Positions 28,392 through 38,330 of a stretch of DNA of 64,000 nt are shown in pieces. The stretch spans positions 257,441 to 321,440 of the forward strand of contig JANVYR010000002.1 in the NCBI GenBank assembly GCA_030059665.1, given 5' to 3'. The notes beneath the pieces were generated by a model. That model was not told the DNA's origin, ran no database searches, and saw nothing but the letters and a program-made list of their open reading frames with translations. The position numbers and the translations under genes were made by a program. Source of the stretch: Candidatus Calditenuis fumarioli (GTDB lineage Archaea; Thermoproteota; Nitrososphaeria_A; Caldarchaeales; Calditenuaceae). The number at the start of each line of letters is the position of its first letter. The first letter of the stretch is position 1.

Positions 28392-29969
28392 TTGACGTCC
28401 GAGCGGACGGTGCTGGCCGAGCTCGTCGAGGAGGTCCTCGCCAGGAGGCCGGCGACCAAGGAGGAGCTGAACAGGATCAAGCTGGAGCTCGCCAAGAGGC
28501 TCAGGCTCGAGAGGGTGCCATCCGACGCGGAGCTGGCCGGCGCGCTGCTCGAGAAAGGCGCTGACCCGGAGCTGGTGAGGGTTGTGAGGAAGAAGCCAGT
28601 CAAGACGAGGTCCGGCGTAACGGTGATCACGGTCGTCCTGCCGATCTTCAGGTGCCCCCACGGCAGATGCGTTTACTGCCCCGGAGGCGGAAGCACCGGG
28701 ATACCACAGAGCTACACCGGCAGGGAGGCCTGGGTCTCGGCAGCGAGGGAGATGGGTTACGAGGTGGAGGCGCAGGTCAGGACGCAGGTCGATCGGCTCA
28801 GGAGGATGGGTCACGAGGTCGACAAGGTCGAGCTGATCTTCATAGGAGGGACCTTCACCGCGGAGCCCCTCGAGCTGCAGCGTGACCGTATCAGGAGGGC
28901 GCTCTCCGCGCTTCACGGGCCCTCGGCGACCCTCGAGGAGGCCCTTGAGAAAGCCGAGCGCTCCCTTCCCTCCGTCTCGGGGATAACCGTCGAGACGAAG
29001 CCCGACTGGGCGAAGGCTCCCGTGGCGGACGAGCTGCTCCGGATGGGCATCACGAGGGTGGAGCTGGGCGTTCAGGCGCTCGACGACGTGGTCTATCGGA
29101 TCGTCAACAGGGGCCACACGGTCAGGGACGTGGCCGAGGCCACGGCCGACCTAAGGCAGAGGGCCTTCAAGGTCTGCTACCACCTGATGCCGGGCCTTCC
29201 GGGGAGCGACCCGCACCGCGACCGGGAGTGGTTCAGGCGCCTCTTCGAGGACCCGAGCTTCAGGCCCGACATGCTGAAGGTCTACCCGACGATGGTGATC
29301 CCCGGGACTCCGCTCTTCGAGATGTGGCGGCGCGGGCTCTACGAGCCCTACCCTCTGGAGGAGATGGTGGAGCTGCTGGTGGACTGGCTCAGCATCGTCC
29401 CTCCGTACGTGAGGGTGATGCGGATCAGGCGGGAGATACCGAGCGAAGCCGTCGCCGCCGGTGCCTGGCCCGGAAACCTGAGGGAGCTGGTGGAGGGGGA
29501 GATGAGGAGGAGGGGCCTCAGGTGCAGGTGCGTCAGGTGCCGCGAGATCGGGAACCCCGAGGTCCTCAGGCGGGTCGAGCCTTCCCGCCTGAACTTCGAG
29601 GTGAGGGAGCTCCGGTACGAGGCCTCCGGCGGTACCGAGGTCTTCATCTCCTACGAGGACCCGGAGAGCGACGTCCTCGCAGGGCTTCTCAGGCTGAGGT
29701 TGCAGCGTGAACCCGTCGAGGGGCTCACGGAGGAGGCGGCGCTGGTGAGGGAGCTGCACGTCTACGGTCCGATGGTGCCGGTGGGGAGGGATCACGTCGG
29801 GGGATGGCAGCACAGGGGGATAGGCGCGCTGCTGCTGAGGAGGGCCGAGGAGATAGCCGCATCGGAGGGCTACAGGAGGATCCTGGTCATCAGCGGCGTC
29901 GGCGTCAGGAGGTACTACTACAGGCTCGGATACGTGAGGGCTCTGCCGTACGTCGCCAAGCGGCTCTGA
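28392..29969 (+). CDS. elp3: Elongator complex protein 3 homologue (radical-SAM + GNAT tRNA acetyltransferase)
   Basis: CPHGRCVYCPGG radical-SAM cluster, C-terminal QHRGIGALLL GNAT motif; the 5' part of ORF 27978..29969 overlaps the nitroreductase and is not coding; start TTG 28392 or GTG 28410. Confidence 0.9.
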   Translation: MTSERTVLAELVEEVLARRPATKEELNRIKLELAKRLRLERVPSDAELAGALLEKGADPELVRVVRKKPVKTRSGVTVITVVLPIFRCPHGRCVYCPGGGSTGIPQSYTGREAWVSAAREMGYEVEAQVRTQVDRLRRMGHEVDKVELIFIGGTFTAEPLELQRDRIRRALSALHGPSATLEEALEKAERSLPSVSGITVETKPDWAKAPVADELLRMGITRVELGVQALDDVVYRIVNRGHTVRDVAEATADLRQRAFKVCYHLMPGLPGSDPHRDREWFRRLFEDPSFRPDMLKVYPTMVIPGTPLFEMWRRGLYEPYPLEEMVELLVDWLSIVPPYVRVMRIRREIPSEAVAAGAWPGNLRELVEGEMRRRGLRCRCVRCREIGNPEVLRRVEPSRLNFEVRELRYEASGGTEVFISYEDPESDVLAGLLRLRLQREPVEGLTEEAALVRELHVYGPMVPVGRDHVGGWQHRGIGALLLRRAEEIAASEGYRRILVISGVGVRRYYYRLGYVRALPYVAKRL

Positions 29970-29970
29970 C

Positions 29971-31212
29971 TCAGAAGAGCCTGACCCTGCCCTCGAGTAT
30001 CAGCCTGGTCAGCTCGGTTATCCTGCTCAGCTCCTCGTCGACTATCGAGCGGGCCTCCTGGACGTCACCTGACCTGATCTGCCTGGCGGGGATGTAGCTG
30101 ACCGTGACGGAGAGCGGCTGGTCTATCCTCCGACCGATCTGGGAGAGGACCTTGACGTAGACCTCCTCGAAGGCGTCGGTGCTGTTGTAGATCCTCCCGG
30201 CCATGCGGAAGGCGAGCACGTTGTAGAGCTTGCCCACATGCGAGACCGGGTTCTTGCCAGCCGTTGCCTCCATCGACATGTACCTGAACGGCGTTATCAG
30301 ACCGGAGGCCCTGTTGCCGCGGCCCGTGTTGCCGTCGTCGCCGTGCTCCGCGGAGGTGCCAGTGACGGTGAGGTAGACCGTGCTCCTGTCCGGCTGACCA
30401 GGGAAGATCCTGTCGGCGGTGTTGACGTCGACCTTGACCTCGTACTCCGGCGTGATCTTGGCCGCCAGGTCCCGAACCGCGTCGGCGATCTCTTCCTTCA
30501 CCGAGATGTAGTGGTCCAGGTCGTAGGTCAGGTGGGAGACGATGCCGTTGGCGACGGTGAGCCTGACGGTGTTGTTCGTCCTGAGGCCCATGACCTTGCA
30601 GTCCTCCCCGCTCTCCTTGACCCTCGACTTGAACTGGGGCGAGTTGATCGTGGCCTCGACCTCGTAGACCAGCCTCTCCAGCGGCGAGAATGGCGCGAAG
30701 CCGACGCCGAAGGACGTGTCGTTCGCGAGCGGGACCTCCTCCTCCGCCTCCACGACGCTCACTAGATCCGCGCTCCCCGGCTTGACCTTGTAGTCGAAGA
30801 CGATGTGCCGATCCGGGTCGAGGAACCTGAACTTGTTCCGGATGAACTCCCTGCCGGCCTCGAGTATCAGCTCGCCCACCGGAACCTCCTCCCGCATCCC
30901 TCCCCGCTCAACCGAGGTGGTGGCCCTGCCAGCGACGATGATCTGGATCGACTCCAGCAGCTCCCCTCCGCCGAACCTCGGTGCTGCCCTCCCTCCCACC
31001 AGCAGCCCCTTGTCGAGGTTGTGGTGGAGGATCTTCCCGAAACGCTCGAGGTAGTGCCTAGAGAGCTTGACGCTCGCCAGCTCGCAGATGGCGTCTATGA
31101 TGTAGTCCGGATGGCCGAGGCCCTTCCGCTCGACGATCTCCACGTCCCTCTTCGCGACCGGAACCTGCCTGAACTCCTCGAGGACCACGTTGCCCTGACG
31201 AGAGGAGACCAT
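29971..31212 (-). CDS. mat: Archaeal-type S-adenosylmethionine synthetase
   Basis: [19 protein letters not shown] and overall archaeal MAT architecture, 413 aa. Confidence 0.9.
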   Translation of the reverse strand: MVSSRQGNVVLEEFRQVPVAKRDVEIVERKGLGHPDYIIDAICELASVKLSRHYLERFGKILHHNLDKGLLVGGRAAPRFGGGELLESIQIIVAGRATTSVERGGMREEVPVGELILEAGREFIRNKFRFLDPDRHIVFDYKVKPGSADLVSVVEAEEEVPLANDTSFGVGFAPFSPLERLVYEVEATINSPQFKSRVKESGEDCKVMGLRTNNTVRLTVANGIVSHLTYDLDHYISVKEEIADAVRDLAAKITPEYEVKVDVNTADRIFPGQPDRSTVYLTVTGTSAEHGDDGNTGRGNRASGLITPFRYMSMEATAGKNPVSHVGKLYNVLAFRMAGRIYNSTDAFEEVYVKVLSQIGRRIDQPLSVTVSYIPARQIRSGDVQEARSIVDEELSRITELTRLILEGRVRLF

Positions 31213-31294
31213 CGCGCTCCCATCAACCCCCTCCCCCCTCTATTTTGCGGTTGCGCGCCTTCCGGGACGTTGGGTCGGAAACGCAGCGACGGCC

Positions 31295-31534
31295 TCAGAT
31301 CGGCTCGGTGAGGGCTATGTAGACTATGTTGTTGCCCCTGATCAGCAGGTACGGGTAGGAGGCCCGCTTGTTGCCGCCGTGGTACTCGTCAACCTCCGTG
31401 AGGACGAGGTTCATGTGCATGTCCACCTCCACCAGCTTGCCGACGTACTCGACGTCGTTCTTCAGGACGACCTTCACCTCCTTGTTGAGCGCGCTCCTCA
31501 GCATCTCAACGGGCCGCATCGTCTCCGCGGTCAA
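31295..31534 (-). CDS. Sm-like archaeal protein (LSm)
   Basis: Sm1/Sm2 motifs (VKVVLKNDVEYVGKLVEVDMHMNLVL...LIRGNNIVYI). Confidence 0.85.
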   Translation of the reverse strand: MTAETMRPVEMLRSALNKEVKVVLKNDVEYVGKLVEVDMHMNLVLTEVDEYHGGNKRASYPYLLIRGNNIVYIALTEPI

Positions 31535-31604
31535 GCCCTTTCCCCTGGGGATGCCTGATCCTCGATGATAAACGTTGGCGCCCGAAGGTCCGGGAAGAAA
31601 CGCC

Positions 31605-32261
31605 TCACCTCTGACCTGTACCGGGGACGGTCACGCGCTCCAGCTCGCTGAAGCATATGCCGCAGACGAAGAGGTCGCCCGAGAGGCGGCTGAGCCTGCT
31701 GAGGGGGGCTCCGCAGACGGGACAGCCGGAGTCGCGGTCGATCGTGAACCTGAAGCCGCAGGACGGACAGATCTCGGCAGCTACCTCGACCGAGCCGCCG
31801 CAGGAAGGACAGACCTTCGAGTCGCTCCTCGTCCTCACCCTCAGGGCAAGTTCCCTCCTCGGCTGGGGTGGCTGCGGCTGGACACGACCGGTGCCTGTGG
31901 TGGCCTGCTGCTGAACCCGGACGCCGGGTTCCGACGAGGCCTGCTGGGTTCGCACCCCGGTCGCTGCGCGGGCCTGCTGGACCCCCGATCCTGCCTGAGG
32001 GGCCGCACCGGTCCTGCTGGAGAGGACCTGCGACGCCACCAGCTCCCTCACGCCCCTTCTGAAGGTCACAGCTCCTACGATCGACGGAGGAACGCCGACC
32101 ATGGAGAGCATCAGGTAGAGAGGTATCGAGGGGAGCACCTCAGCTCCGAGCGCGTCGCCCATCGGCGTCCCCAGCGTGGCGAGATACAGCATCGTCGGCA
32201 GCAGCGCGACCGCGAGTCCGGCCGCCGATAAGATGAGGCCGAGCGTGATCTTGCTGACCAT
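31605..32261 (-). CDS. Membrane-anchored protein with C-terminal double zinc-ribbon
   Basis: Two N-terminal TM helices, Q/T/G-rich linker, CPSCG...CPSCG and CPVCG...CGIC pairs. Confidence 0.5.
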   Translation of the reverse strand: MVSKITLGLILSAAGLAVALLPTMLYLATLGTPMGDALGAEVLPSIPLYLMLSMVGVPPSIVGAVTFRRGVRELVASQVLSSRTGAAPQAGSGVQQARAATGVRTQQASSEPGVRVQQQATTGTGRVQPQPPQPRRELALRVRTRSDSKVCPSCGGSVEVAAEICPSCGFRFTIDRDSGCPVCGAPLSRLSRLSGDLFVCGICFSELERVTVPGTGQR

Positions 32262-32339
32262 GAAGCCAGTTCCCCCGCGTTACGCCCATCGAGCCCCCGC
32301 GCCACATATCAACGTTTTTCCGAGCCGGTTGCGAGGTGG

Positions 32340-33227
32340 TCAGACCTGGAGGAGCGAAGCGATGACCCGCTCCGAGTCCTCGTCGGGGTCTACATCCACG
32401 TGGAACCTCCTCCGGAAGAAGTCGAGGACGTTCCTTACGTCCCTCCTCAGGTAGTCCTTGGCGTTCGGGTGGTCCGGCCGGACCCACTGGGGCCAGTCGA
32501 TCACCCAGACCCTCTCCTCCTGATCGACCATGACGTTGTAGGCGCTCAGGTCGCAGTGCACCACACCTGACCTGAATGCGGCTCCCACCGCTTTCAGCAG
32601 CTCCTCCATCACGATCTCCGGTCGCCGGAGGGACCTGACCTTGGCGAGGATGCGGCCCTCTATCCGCTGCATGACCACCGCGTGCCTGTTCCTGTACACC
32701 GGCTGGGGCACCGGAACCTCGGTCAGGCTCAGCCTCCGGAGCGCATCGATCTCGCTGGAAGCGAAGGCCTTGGAGGCGCCGAGGTAGAAGGACACGTCGG
32801 AGGGGAGCGACCTAGTCCTGCGGTACTTCGTCATGCTCTGACGGCCCACCCTGTAGAACTTCACCATCACCTCCATGCCCTCGGGCGTCAAGGCGGAGTA
32901 GACGTCGGCCTCCTTCCCCACGCCGACCCTGTTCCCAAGGCTCTTCAGTATGCCCCTAGAGGCCATGGTCCTGAGGGCCAGTGCGTCGAGCCCCGCGTAG
33001 TTCAGCACGTAGCCCGACGGTCTGCCGCGGGGAGCCCAGATCAGTCCGTACCTGTGCAGCTCGGTCAGAATCCTCGCCACGTACTCCTCGGAGAGACCGG
33101 TGGAAGAGGAGAGCTCCCTCGAGGTCACGAGCAGGCCCTTCTCGGAGAAGGACTCGATGGCCCTGAGGACGTTGAAGTGCCTGTCGGAGAGCTCCCTCAC
33201 CGCGGCCGCTACGCGCTCGATCCTCAT
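32340..33227 (-). CDS. rio2: Serine/threonine protein kinase Rio2
   Basis: N-terminal wHTH (HFNVLRAIE...YGLI), kinase motifs VVHCDLSAYNVMV and IDWPQ; start at internal Met. Confidence 0.8.
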   Translation of the reverse strand: MRIERVAAAVRELSDRHFNVLRAIESFSEKGLLVTSRELSSSTGLSEEYVARILTELHRYGLIWAPRGRPSGYVLNYAGLDALALRTMASRGILKSLGNRVGVGKEADVYSALTPEGMEVMVKFYRVGRQSMTKYRRTRSLPSDVSFYLGASKAFASSEIDALRRLSLTEVPVPQPVYRNRHAVVMQRIEGRILAKVRSLRRPEIVMEELLKAVGAAFRSGVVHCDLSAYNVMVDQEERVWVIDWPQWVRPDHPNAKDYLRRDVRNVLDFFRRRFHVDVDPDEDSERVIASLLQV

Positions 33228-36200
33228 GAGCCCCTGCCGACGGTCCTCTTCAGACCAACGACGAGCCTCTTGCCGCCGACCTCCCACTCCCTCACCGCGT
33301 CGTTCTCCTCCGGTCTCGGAGGCGCTCCGAGTATCTCGAGCCTCGACCTCGTCTCCTCCTCGAAGTGCTCGGAGAGCGTCTTGAGGGCCTCAACCCAGCC
33401 GCTGTCGTCGACGTAGACCCTGCAGTCCACGAGCTCCGTGACCTCGAGGTTCAGCTCCTTCCTCAGGACCTGGACGCGCCTGATCACCTCGTTCACCGCG
33501 GAGAGGGCCTTGACGCTCTCGTCCTCCTTCAGGTCGACGTAGACCCTCGCGAACCTCCCCTCGTGCTCCCTCAGCCACTCGGGGAGCCTGGTGACGACCT
33601 GAACGTGCTCCTGCGTGAGGGTGAAGAGGGTGCCGTCGGGGAGCCTCAGCACGTACTCTCCCTCGCTCTCCAGCGACTCTATCACCTCCATCGGCCTGAG
33701 CGACCTCAGCGCGGAGATCACTTCGTTCAGCCGCTTCCCCGCAGCCGGTCCCAGAGACCTCAGCACGGGCTCCAGGTCCTTCACCGCCTCCCTCGGCTCC
33801 TGGCCGACGTCGAGCACCTCAACGCGTAGCGAGTTCGTCATCCTAGCGATGTAGTCCAGCAGCCTGATCACCGCGTCCTTGGCCCTGGCCGACTTCGGGG
33901 ATATTATCAGCCTGGCAACGGGCCACCTGAGCTTGTACCCCGCCTTCTGACGGGCTGCGAGGGAGGAGGAAATCACGTCGTCGGCCACCTCCATCGCGTC
34001 CTCCAGGTCAGGGTCTATCCTGTGCTCCTCCACCTTCGGCCACCTGGTCAGGCAGACGCTCTCGGGCATCGAGGGAGACCGGATGCGTTGGTAGAGGTAC
34101 TCGGCGATGTGCGGCGCGAAGACGGAGAGGACAGTGAGGTACCTGGTGAGGACGTAGTGGGTGGCTGCGTAGGCCGCTATCTTCTTCGGCGTCCTCTTCT
34201 CGTCCCAGAACCTCCTCCTGACGGCCCTGATGTACTTCCTGCTGAGGTCCTCCGTAGCGAACCGGAGCAGCGCCCTGACCGCATCGGTGAGCTCGTAACG
34301 CTCGAGGGAGGAGGTGACCGACCTTATCAGGGAGTTCACCCTGGAGACGATCCACCTGTCCTCAGGCTCCGCGAACCTCTCGTAGGCGTCGTACCCCTCC
34401 CTCTCGGGATCGTACCTGTCCAGGTCGAAGTAGGTCTTGGCGAAGGAGACCACGTTCCAGAGGACGTTGAGGTCCGACCTGACGACCCTGATCTCCTCCG
34501 GATCGAAGTTCATGGTCTCCCAGACCTGGGCCTTCGTGAGCAGGTACAGCCTCACGTTGTCCACCCCGAGCTCCCTGAAGGCGTCAGAGGCCCAGATGAC
34601 GTTCCCCCTGCTCTTGGACATCTTCTTCCCCTCCCGGTCGAGGACGTGGCTCTGCGTCAGCACGGTCTTGTAGGGGGCCTTCCCGAAGAGCAGGACCGAG
34701 GTGAAGAGGAGCGTGTAGAACCAGCCCCTGGTCTGGTCTATGGCCTCCGTTATGAAGTCGTACGGGAAGAGGCGCTCGAACAGCGAGGGGTTGGAGAGGT
34801 AATCAACGCTGGCGAAGTGGGCCACGCCCGAGTCGAGCCACGTGTCCAGCACGAAGGGCTCCCTCCTCATCAGGCCGCCGCACCTGTCGCACCTGAAGAC
34901 GACCATGTCGATCCAGGGCCTGTGCATTCTGAGGGGCTGGGGCTTCTCGATCGCGTCGCGCTCAATCTCGGCCTTGGAACCGACGACCCTCCTCGCGCCG
35001 CAGGACTCGCAGGTCCAGACGTTCAGGGGAGTGCCCCAGACCTTGGTCCTGGAGATGCACCAGTCCTCTGCGTTCTCGAGCCACTCCCGGAACCTCGCCG
35101 ACCCCGCCCACGCGGGTATCCACCTGACCCTGCTGTTCTCCTCCAGCATCAGCCTCTTGATCCGGTCGACGCGGAGGAACCACTGCCTGCTGAGCAGGTA
35201 AACCAGGGGAGTCTGGCACCTCCAGCAGAGCGGGTACGTGTGAACCACCTTACCCTTGTGGAGGAGCAGTCCCTTCCTCTCCAGCGCCGCGATCACGTCC
35301 TCCGCCGCCTCCCGGTGGTTCTTCCCGGCGAAGGCTCCCGCCTCCTCGGTGAAGACGCCCGTCGTGGAGATCGGACACGGAGCCGGCAGCCCTAACCTCT
35401 TCCCCAGCTCGAAGTCCTCCGGACCGTGACCGGGAGCTATGTGGACCAGACCGGTGCCCTCCTCCATCGAGACGAACTCGGCCTCGACGATCGTGTGGGC
35501 CGGTGGCGCGTGATCTGCGTGGATCCCGACCTCCTCTGCCAGCGGATGGGAATACCTGAGGCCCACGAGCTCCGATCCGGAAAGGCGTCTCACTACGCTC
35601 ACCTGGCCGAGCCCTGTCTCAGCCGCGACGCGGTCCAGCAGCTTCTCGGCGATCAGGAGGTTCCCCTTCCCGGTGGCCACCTCCACGTACGTCTCCTCGG
35701 GGTTCACCGCCACGGCCTCGTTGGCCGGCAGAGTCCACGGCGTCGTCGTCCAGATCACGGCGTACGTTCCGGGCATCGACTCGATCGGGAACTTCACGTA
35801 CAGCGAGTAGTCCTCGACCTCCTCGTACCCCAGCGAGACCTCGTGGGAGGAGAGGGGAGTCTCGCAGCGAGGGCAGAAGGGCACGACCTTGTTGCTCACG
35901 ATCAGGTCGCCGTTCTCGTAGGCTCTCTTGAGGAGGTACCATATGTGCTCCATGTAACGCTCGTTCCTGGTCTCGTACGCCGTGTCGTAATCGAGCCAGA
36001 GTCCGAGGGTCTCCGAGTCCTTACGCCAGTGCTGGATGTAGTGGTCCACGAGCCTGTTCGCCTCCTCGACGAACCTCTCCATCCCGATCGCCTCGACGTC
36101 CTTCTTCGTCCTTATGCCGAGGATGCGCTCGACCTCCAGCTCCGTCGGCAGTCCCTGACAGTCCCATCCGGCCCTCCGCCAGACCCAGAAGCCCTGCATC

Positions 36201-36415
36201 GTCGCGAACCTGAGCACCACGTCCTTGCAGACCCTGCCCCTGACGTGGCCGACGTGCATGTAGCCGTTGACCGTCGGAGGCCCCTCCAGGAAGGAGAAGA
36301 TCGGGCCGCCTCTGTTGAGCTCCAGGAACTTCTTGGGTATCCCCCGCTCGGCCCAGAACCTCCTCACCTCCTCCTCGACGGTCCTGAAGTCGTACACCGG
36401 TGGCAGCGCGTACAT
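33224..36415 (-). CDS. ileS: Isoleucyl-tRNA synthetase
   Basis: PPTVNGYMHVGH (HIGH), WDCQGLP, CPRCETPL zinc knuckle, KMSKSRGN; 1063 aa; 4-nt overlap with rio2. Confidence 0.9.
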   Translation of the reverse strand: MYALPPVYDFRTVEEEVRRFWAERGIPKKFLELNRGGPIFSFLEGPPTVNGYMHVGHVRGRVCKDVVLRFATMQGFWVWRRAGWDCQGLPTELEVERILGIRTKKDVEAIGMERFVEEANRLVDHYIQHWRKDSETLGLWLDYDTAYETRNERYMEHIWYLLKRAYENGDLIVSNKVVPFCPRCETPLSSHEVSLGYEEVEDYSLYVKFPIESMPGTYAVIWTTTPWTLPANEAVAVNPEETYVEVATGKGNLLIAEKLLDRVAAETGLGQVSVVRRLSGSELVGLRYSHPLAEEVGIHADHAPPAHTIVEAEFVSMEEGTGLVHIAPGHGPEDFELGKRLGLPAPCPISTTGVFTEEAGAFAGKNHREAAEDVIAALERKGLLLHKGKVVHTYPLCWRCQTPLVYLLSRQWFLRVDRIKRLMLEENSRVRWIPAWAGSARFREWLENAEDWCISRTKVWGTPLNVWTCESCGARRVVGSKAEIERDAIEKPQPLRMHRPWIDMVVFRCDRCGGLMRREPFVLDTWLDSGVAHFASVDYLSNPSLFERLFPYDFITEAIDQTRGWFYTLLFTSVLLFGKAPYKTVLTQSHVLDREGKKMSKSRGNVIWASDAFRELGVDNVRLYLLTKAQVWETMNFDPEEIRVVRSDLNVLWNVVSFAKTYFDLDRYDPEREGYDAYERFAEPEDRWIVSRVNSLIRSVTSSLERYELTDAVRALLRFATEDLSRKYIRAVRRRFWDEKRTPKKIAAYAATHYVLTRYLTVLSVFAPHIAEYLYQRIRSPSMPESVCLTRWPKVEEHRIDPDLEDAMEVADDVISSSLAARQKAGYKLRWPVARLIISPKSARAKDAVIRLLDYIARMTNSLRVEVLDVGQEPREAVKDLEPVLRSLGPAAGKRLNEVISALRSLRPMEVIESLESEGEYVLRLPDGTLFTLTQEHVQVVTRLPEWLREHEGRFARVYVDLKEDESVKALSAVNEVIRRVQVLRKELNLEVTELVDCRVYVDDSGWVEALKTLSEHFEEETRSRLEILGAPPRPEENDAVREWEVGGKRLVVGLKRTVGRGS

Positions 36416-36670
36416 GAGTCCGGTCTGTGCACCGATGCCGAGTTATAAAACCCCTATCGGCAGAAGGCCCCAAGGTTAACTGCTTGCTGCCCAGCCCTTT
36501 TGTTCGACGGGACCAGTCCCATCGATTCCAACCGTGACGACCCGCATTCCCACACTTCGAGAGGGTTGCTATGCGCGTTGGAGCGAGGAACCGGAGGCAG
36601 GAGGGGCAGAGGTGTGCAGCGACACCGCGTGTGTCGGAACCATTTTAGGACGAGAAATCGACGGAGGACC

Positions 36671-37417
36671 GTGGACCCCCTCGCTGCCTTCAACCTGGCC
36701 TTCTCGATCGCGATGCTCTTTGTTGCCTCGCTGATGGACCTCCTCCGGAGGGAGGTGGACGACTGGGTTTGGCTGCTGATGGCATCGGTCTGCGGTCCGG
36801 TGACCCTCTTCAGGGCCCTGCTCTCGATGGGCAGCTCCTTTCCGACGACGGCGGCGCTCTCGGTGGCGATCTCCTCCTCCATCGCCTACCTGTTCTACCG
36901 GCTCGAGCTTTACGGCGGTGCCGACGCTAAGGCGCTGATCGCCCTCTCCCTGGCATATCCGGTCAACCTACACGGCAGAGCCCTCCACCCGATAGCGCCG
37001 GTCAGCGTCCTGCTCAACGCCCTGATCCTATCGCTGGTCGTGCCCCTCGGCCTGCTGCTGCTCAACGCCTTCAGGCTGCTCGTGAGGCGTGAAAACATCC
37101 TCTCCGACCTCTCGGGAGCTCCAGCCCACGTGAAGGTCGCTGCGCTCTTCCTCGGAACCCGAATCAGGTACCCGAAGAGGTTCTGGGCTCCAATGATCGC
37201 TTTCGGTGAGGACGGATCCGTCAGGATATCGCTGTCCCCGCCGTTCCACAGCTATTTCGAGGATCGGAAAAGCGGAGAGAGGAGGGAGGTCTGGGCTACC
37301 CCCGGCATCCCGCTCGTGGTCTTCATCGCAATCGGTCTGCTCTCCTATCTTGCGGTGGGCGACTTCCTGTACCTTCTGATCACCTGGCTGACTGGAGCTC
37401 CTTCACTATCTCCTTGA
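36671..37417 (+). CDS. pibD: Type IV prepilin/preflagellin peptidase (A24 family, PibD/FlaK-like)
   Basis: Polytopic membrane protein with LYGGADAKAL (GxGDxK) catalytic motif and N-terminal Asp; GTG start chosen inside ORF 36500..37417. Confidence 0.65.
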   Translation: MDPLAAFNLAFSIAMLFVASLMDLLRREVDDWVWLLMASVCGPVTLFRALLSMGSSFPTTAALSVAISSSIAYLFYRLELYGGADAKALIALSLAYPVNLHGRALHPIAPVSVLLNALILSLVVPLGLLLLNAFRLLVRRENILSDLSGAPAHVKVAALFLGTRIRYPKRFWAPMIAFGEDGSVRISLSPPFHSYFEDRKSGERREVWATPGIPLVVFIAIGLLSYLAVGDFLYLLITWLTGAPSLSP

Positions 37418-37724
37418 TCGATATGCCGAGCTTCACCGCCTGCTTCAGGTCCCTCATCACCCTCTGCAGGATCCTCTCCGCCTTCATCCTGTTCATGGCG
37501 ACCTTCTTTCCCGCCGGTGTGAGGTAGAACTTCCTGTTACGTCTGGCCTTGTCGCTCCGGACGTAGCCCAGCTTGGAGAGCCTGTTGAGGGAGAGGTAGA
37601 TCGTCGGCTTCTTGATCTTCGTCACCTTCTCGAGCTGAGAGACCGTCAATGCGTTCTTCAGCAAGGCCCTCATTATAATTGGCTCGGAATAGCCCTTGGG
37701 ATTTCTTTTCCTGCCTCCCTTCAT
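37380..37724 (-). CDS. PadR-family transcriptional regulator
   Basis: wHTH pattern GYSEPIIMRALLKN...KPTIYLSLNRLSKLGYV. Confidence 0.55.
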   Translation of the reverse strand: MKGGRKRNPKGYSEPIIMRALLKNALTVSQLEKVTKIKKPTIYLSLNRLSKLGYVRSDKARRNRKFYLTPAGKKVAMNRMKAERILQRVMRDLKQAVKLGISIKEIVKELQSAR

Positions 37725-37793
37725 CGATTATAAGTTGCATATGGCCCTATATATTTTTAATTTCGGGGTCCAATTCCAATGGAGTGACCGGCC

Positions 37794-38330
37794 TCACCTA
37801 ATAACAGATTGGGGAATGAAGTTTGAGACCGCTTCCAGCAGCAGATATTCGAGGAGCGCCGCGGAGAGGAGAACTATTGCCCCTACTGCAATCATGAAAA
37901 GCGCAGGTCTCAGCTCCTCGCGGAAACGTCTCCTTAGCAGCGTGTAGGAGAACCTGAGGCCGTGATGGAAGAAGAAACCGTAGGCAACGAACTCGAGCGC
38001 TCCGTAGATCGTGATCAGAGGCGTTACGATTGCGACGATGGGTGGAACGTTGTTGGTGATCGAGAGCGCTGAGAAGAAAAGGCCTGTGTTGTAGATCACG
38101 AAGGCTCCCGCAGGGGGGCCGACGAAAGGGACGAGCATCAGGAGGGAGACGAGGAGGTTGTTGGCGAAGATCTGCAGCGGCGAGTTTATGCTGCTCGTAA
38201 GTTCGTTGAGCGTGCGCATCCTTTCCTCGGCCTCTGACCTGCTCAGGGGCGTGAAGGCTCCCGCTACCAGGATCAGGTACAGCAGCACCGAGGTCAGAAG
38301 GGACCTGAAGAACCTCCGCTCGTAGTCCAA
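37794..38330 (-). CDS. Integral membrane protein (DUF95/SpoIIM-like)
   Basis: 4-5 TM helices, 178 aa. Confidence 0.45.
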   Translation of the reverse strand: MDYERRFFRSLLTSVLLYLILVAGAFTPLSRSEAEERMRTLNELTSSINSPLQIFANNLLVSLLMLVPFVGPPAGAFVIYNTGLFFSALSITNNVPPIVAIVTPLITIYGALEFVAYGFFFHHGLRFSYTLLRRRFREELRPALFMIAVGAIVLLSAALLEYLLLEAVSNFIPQSVIR

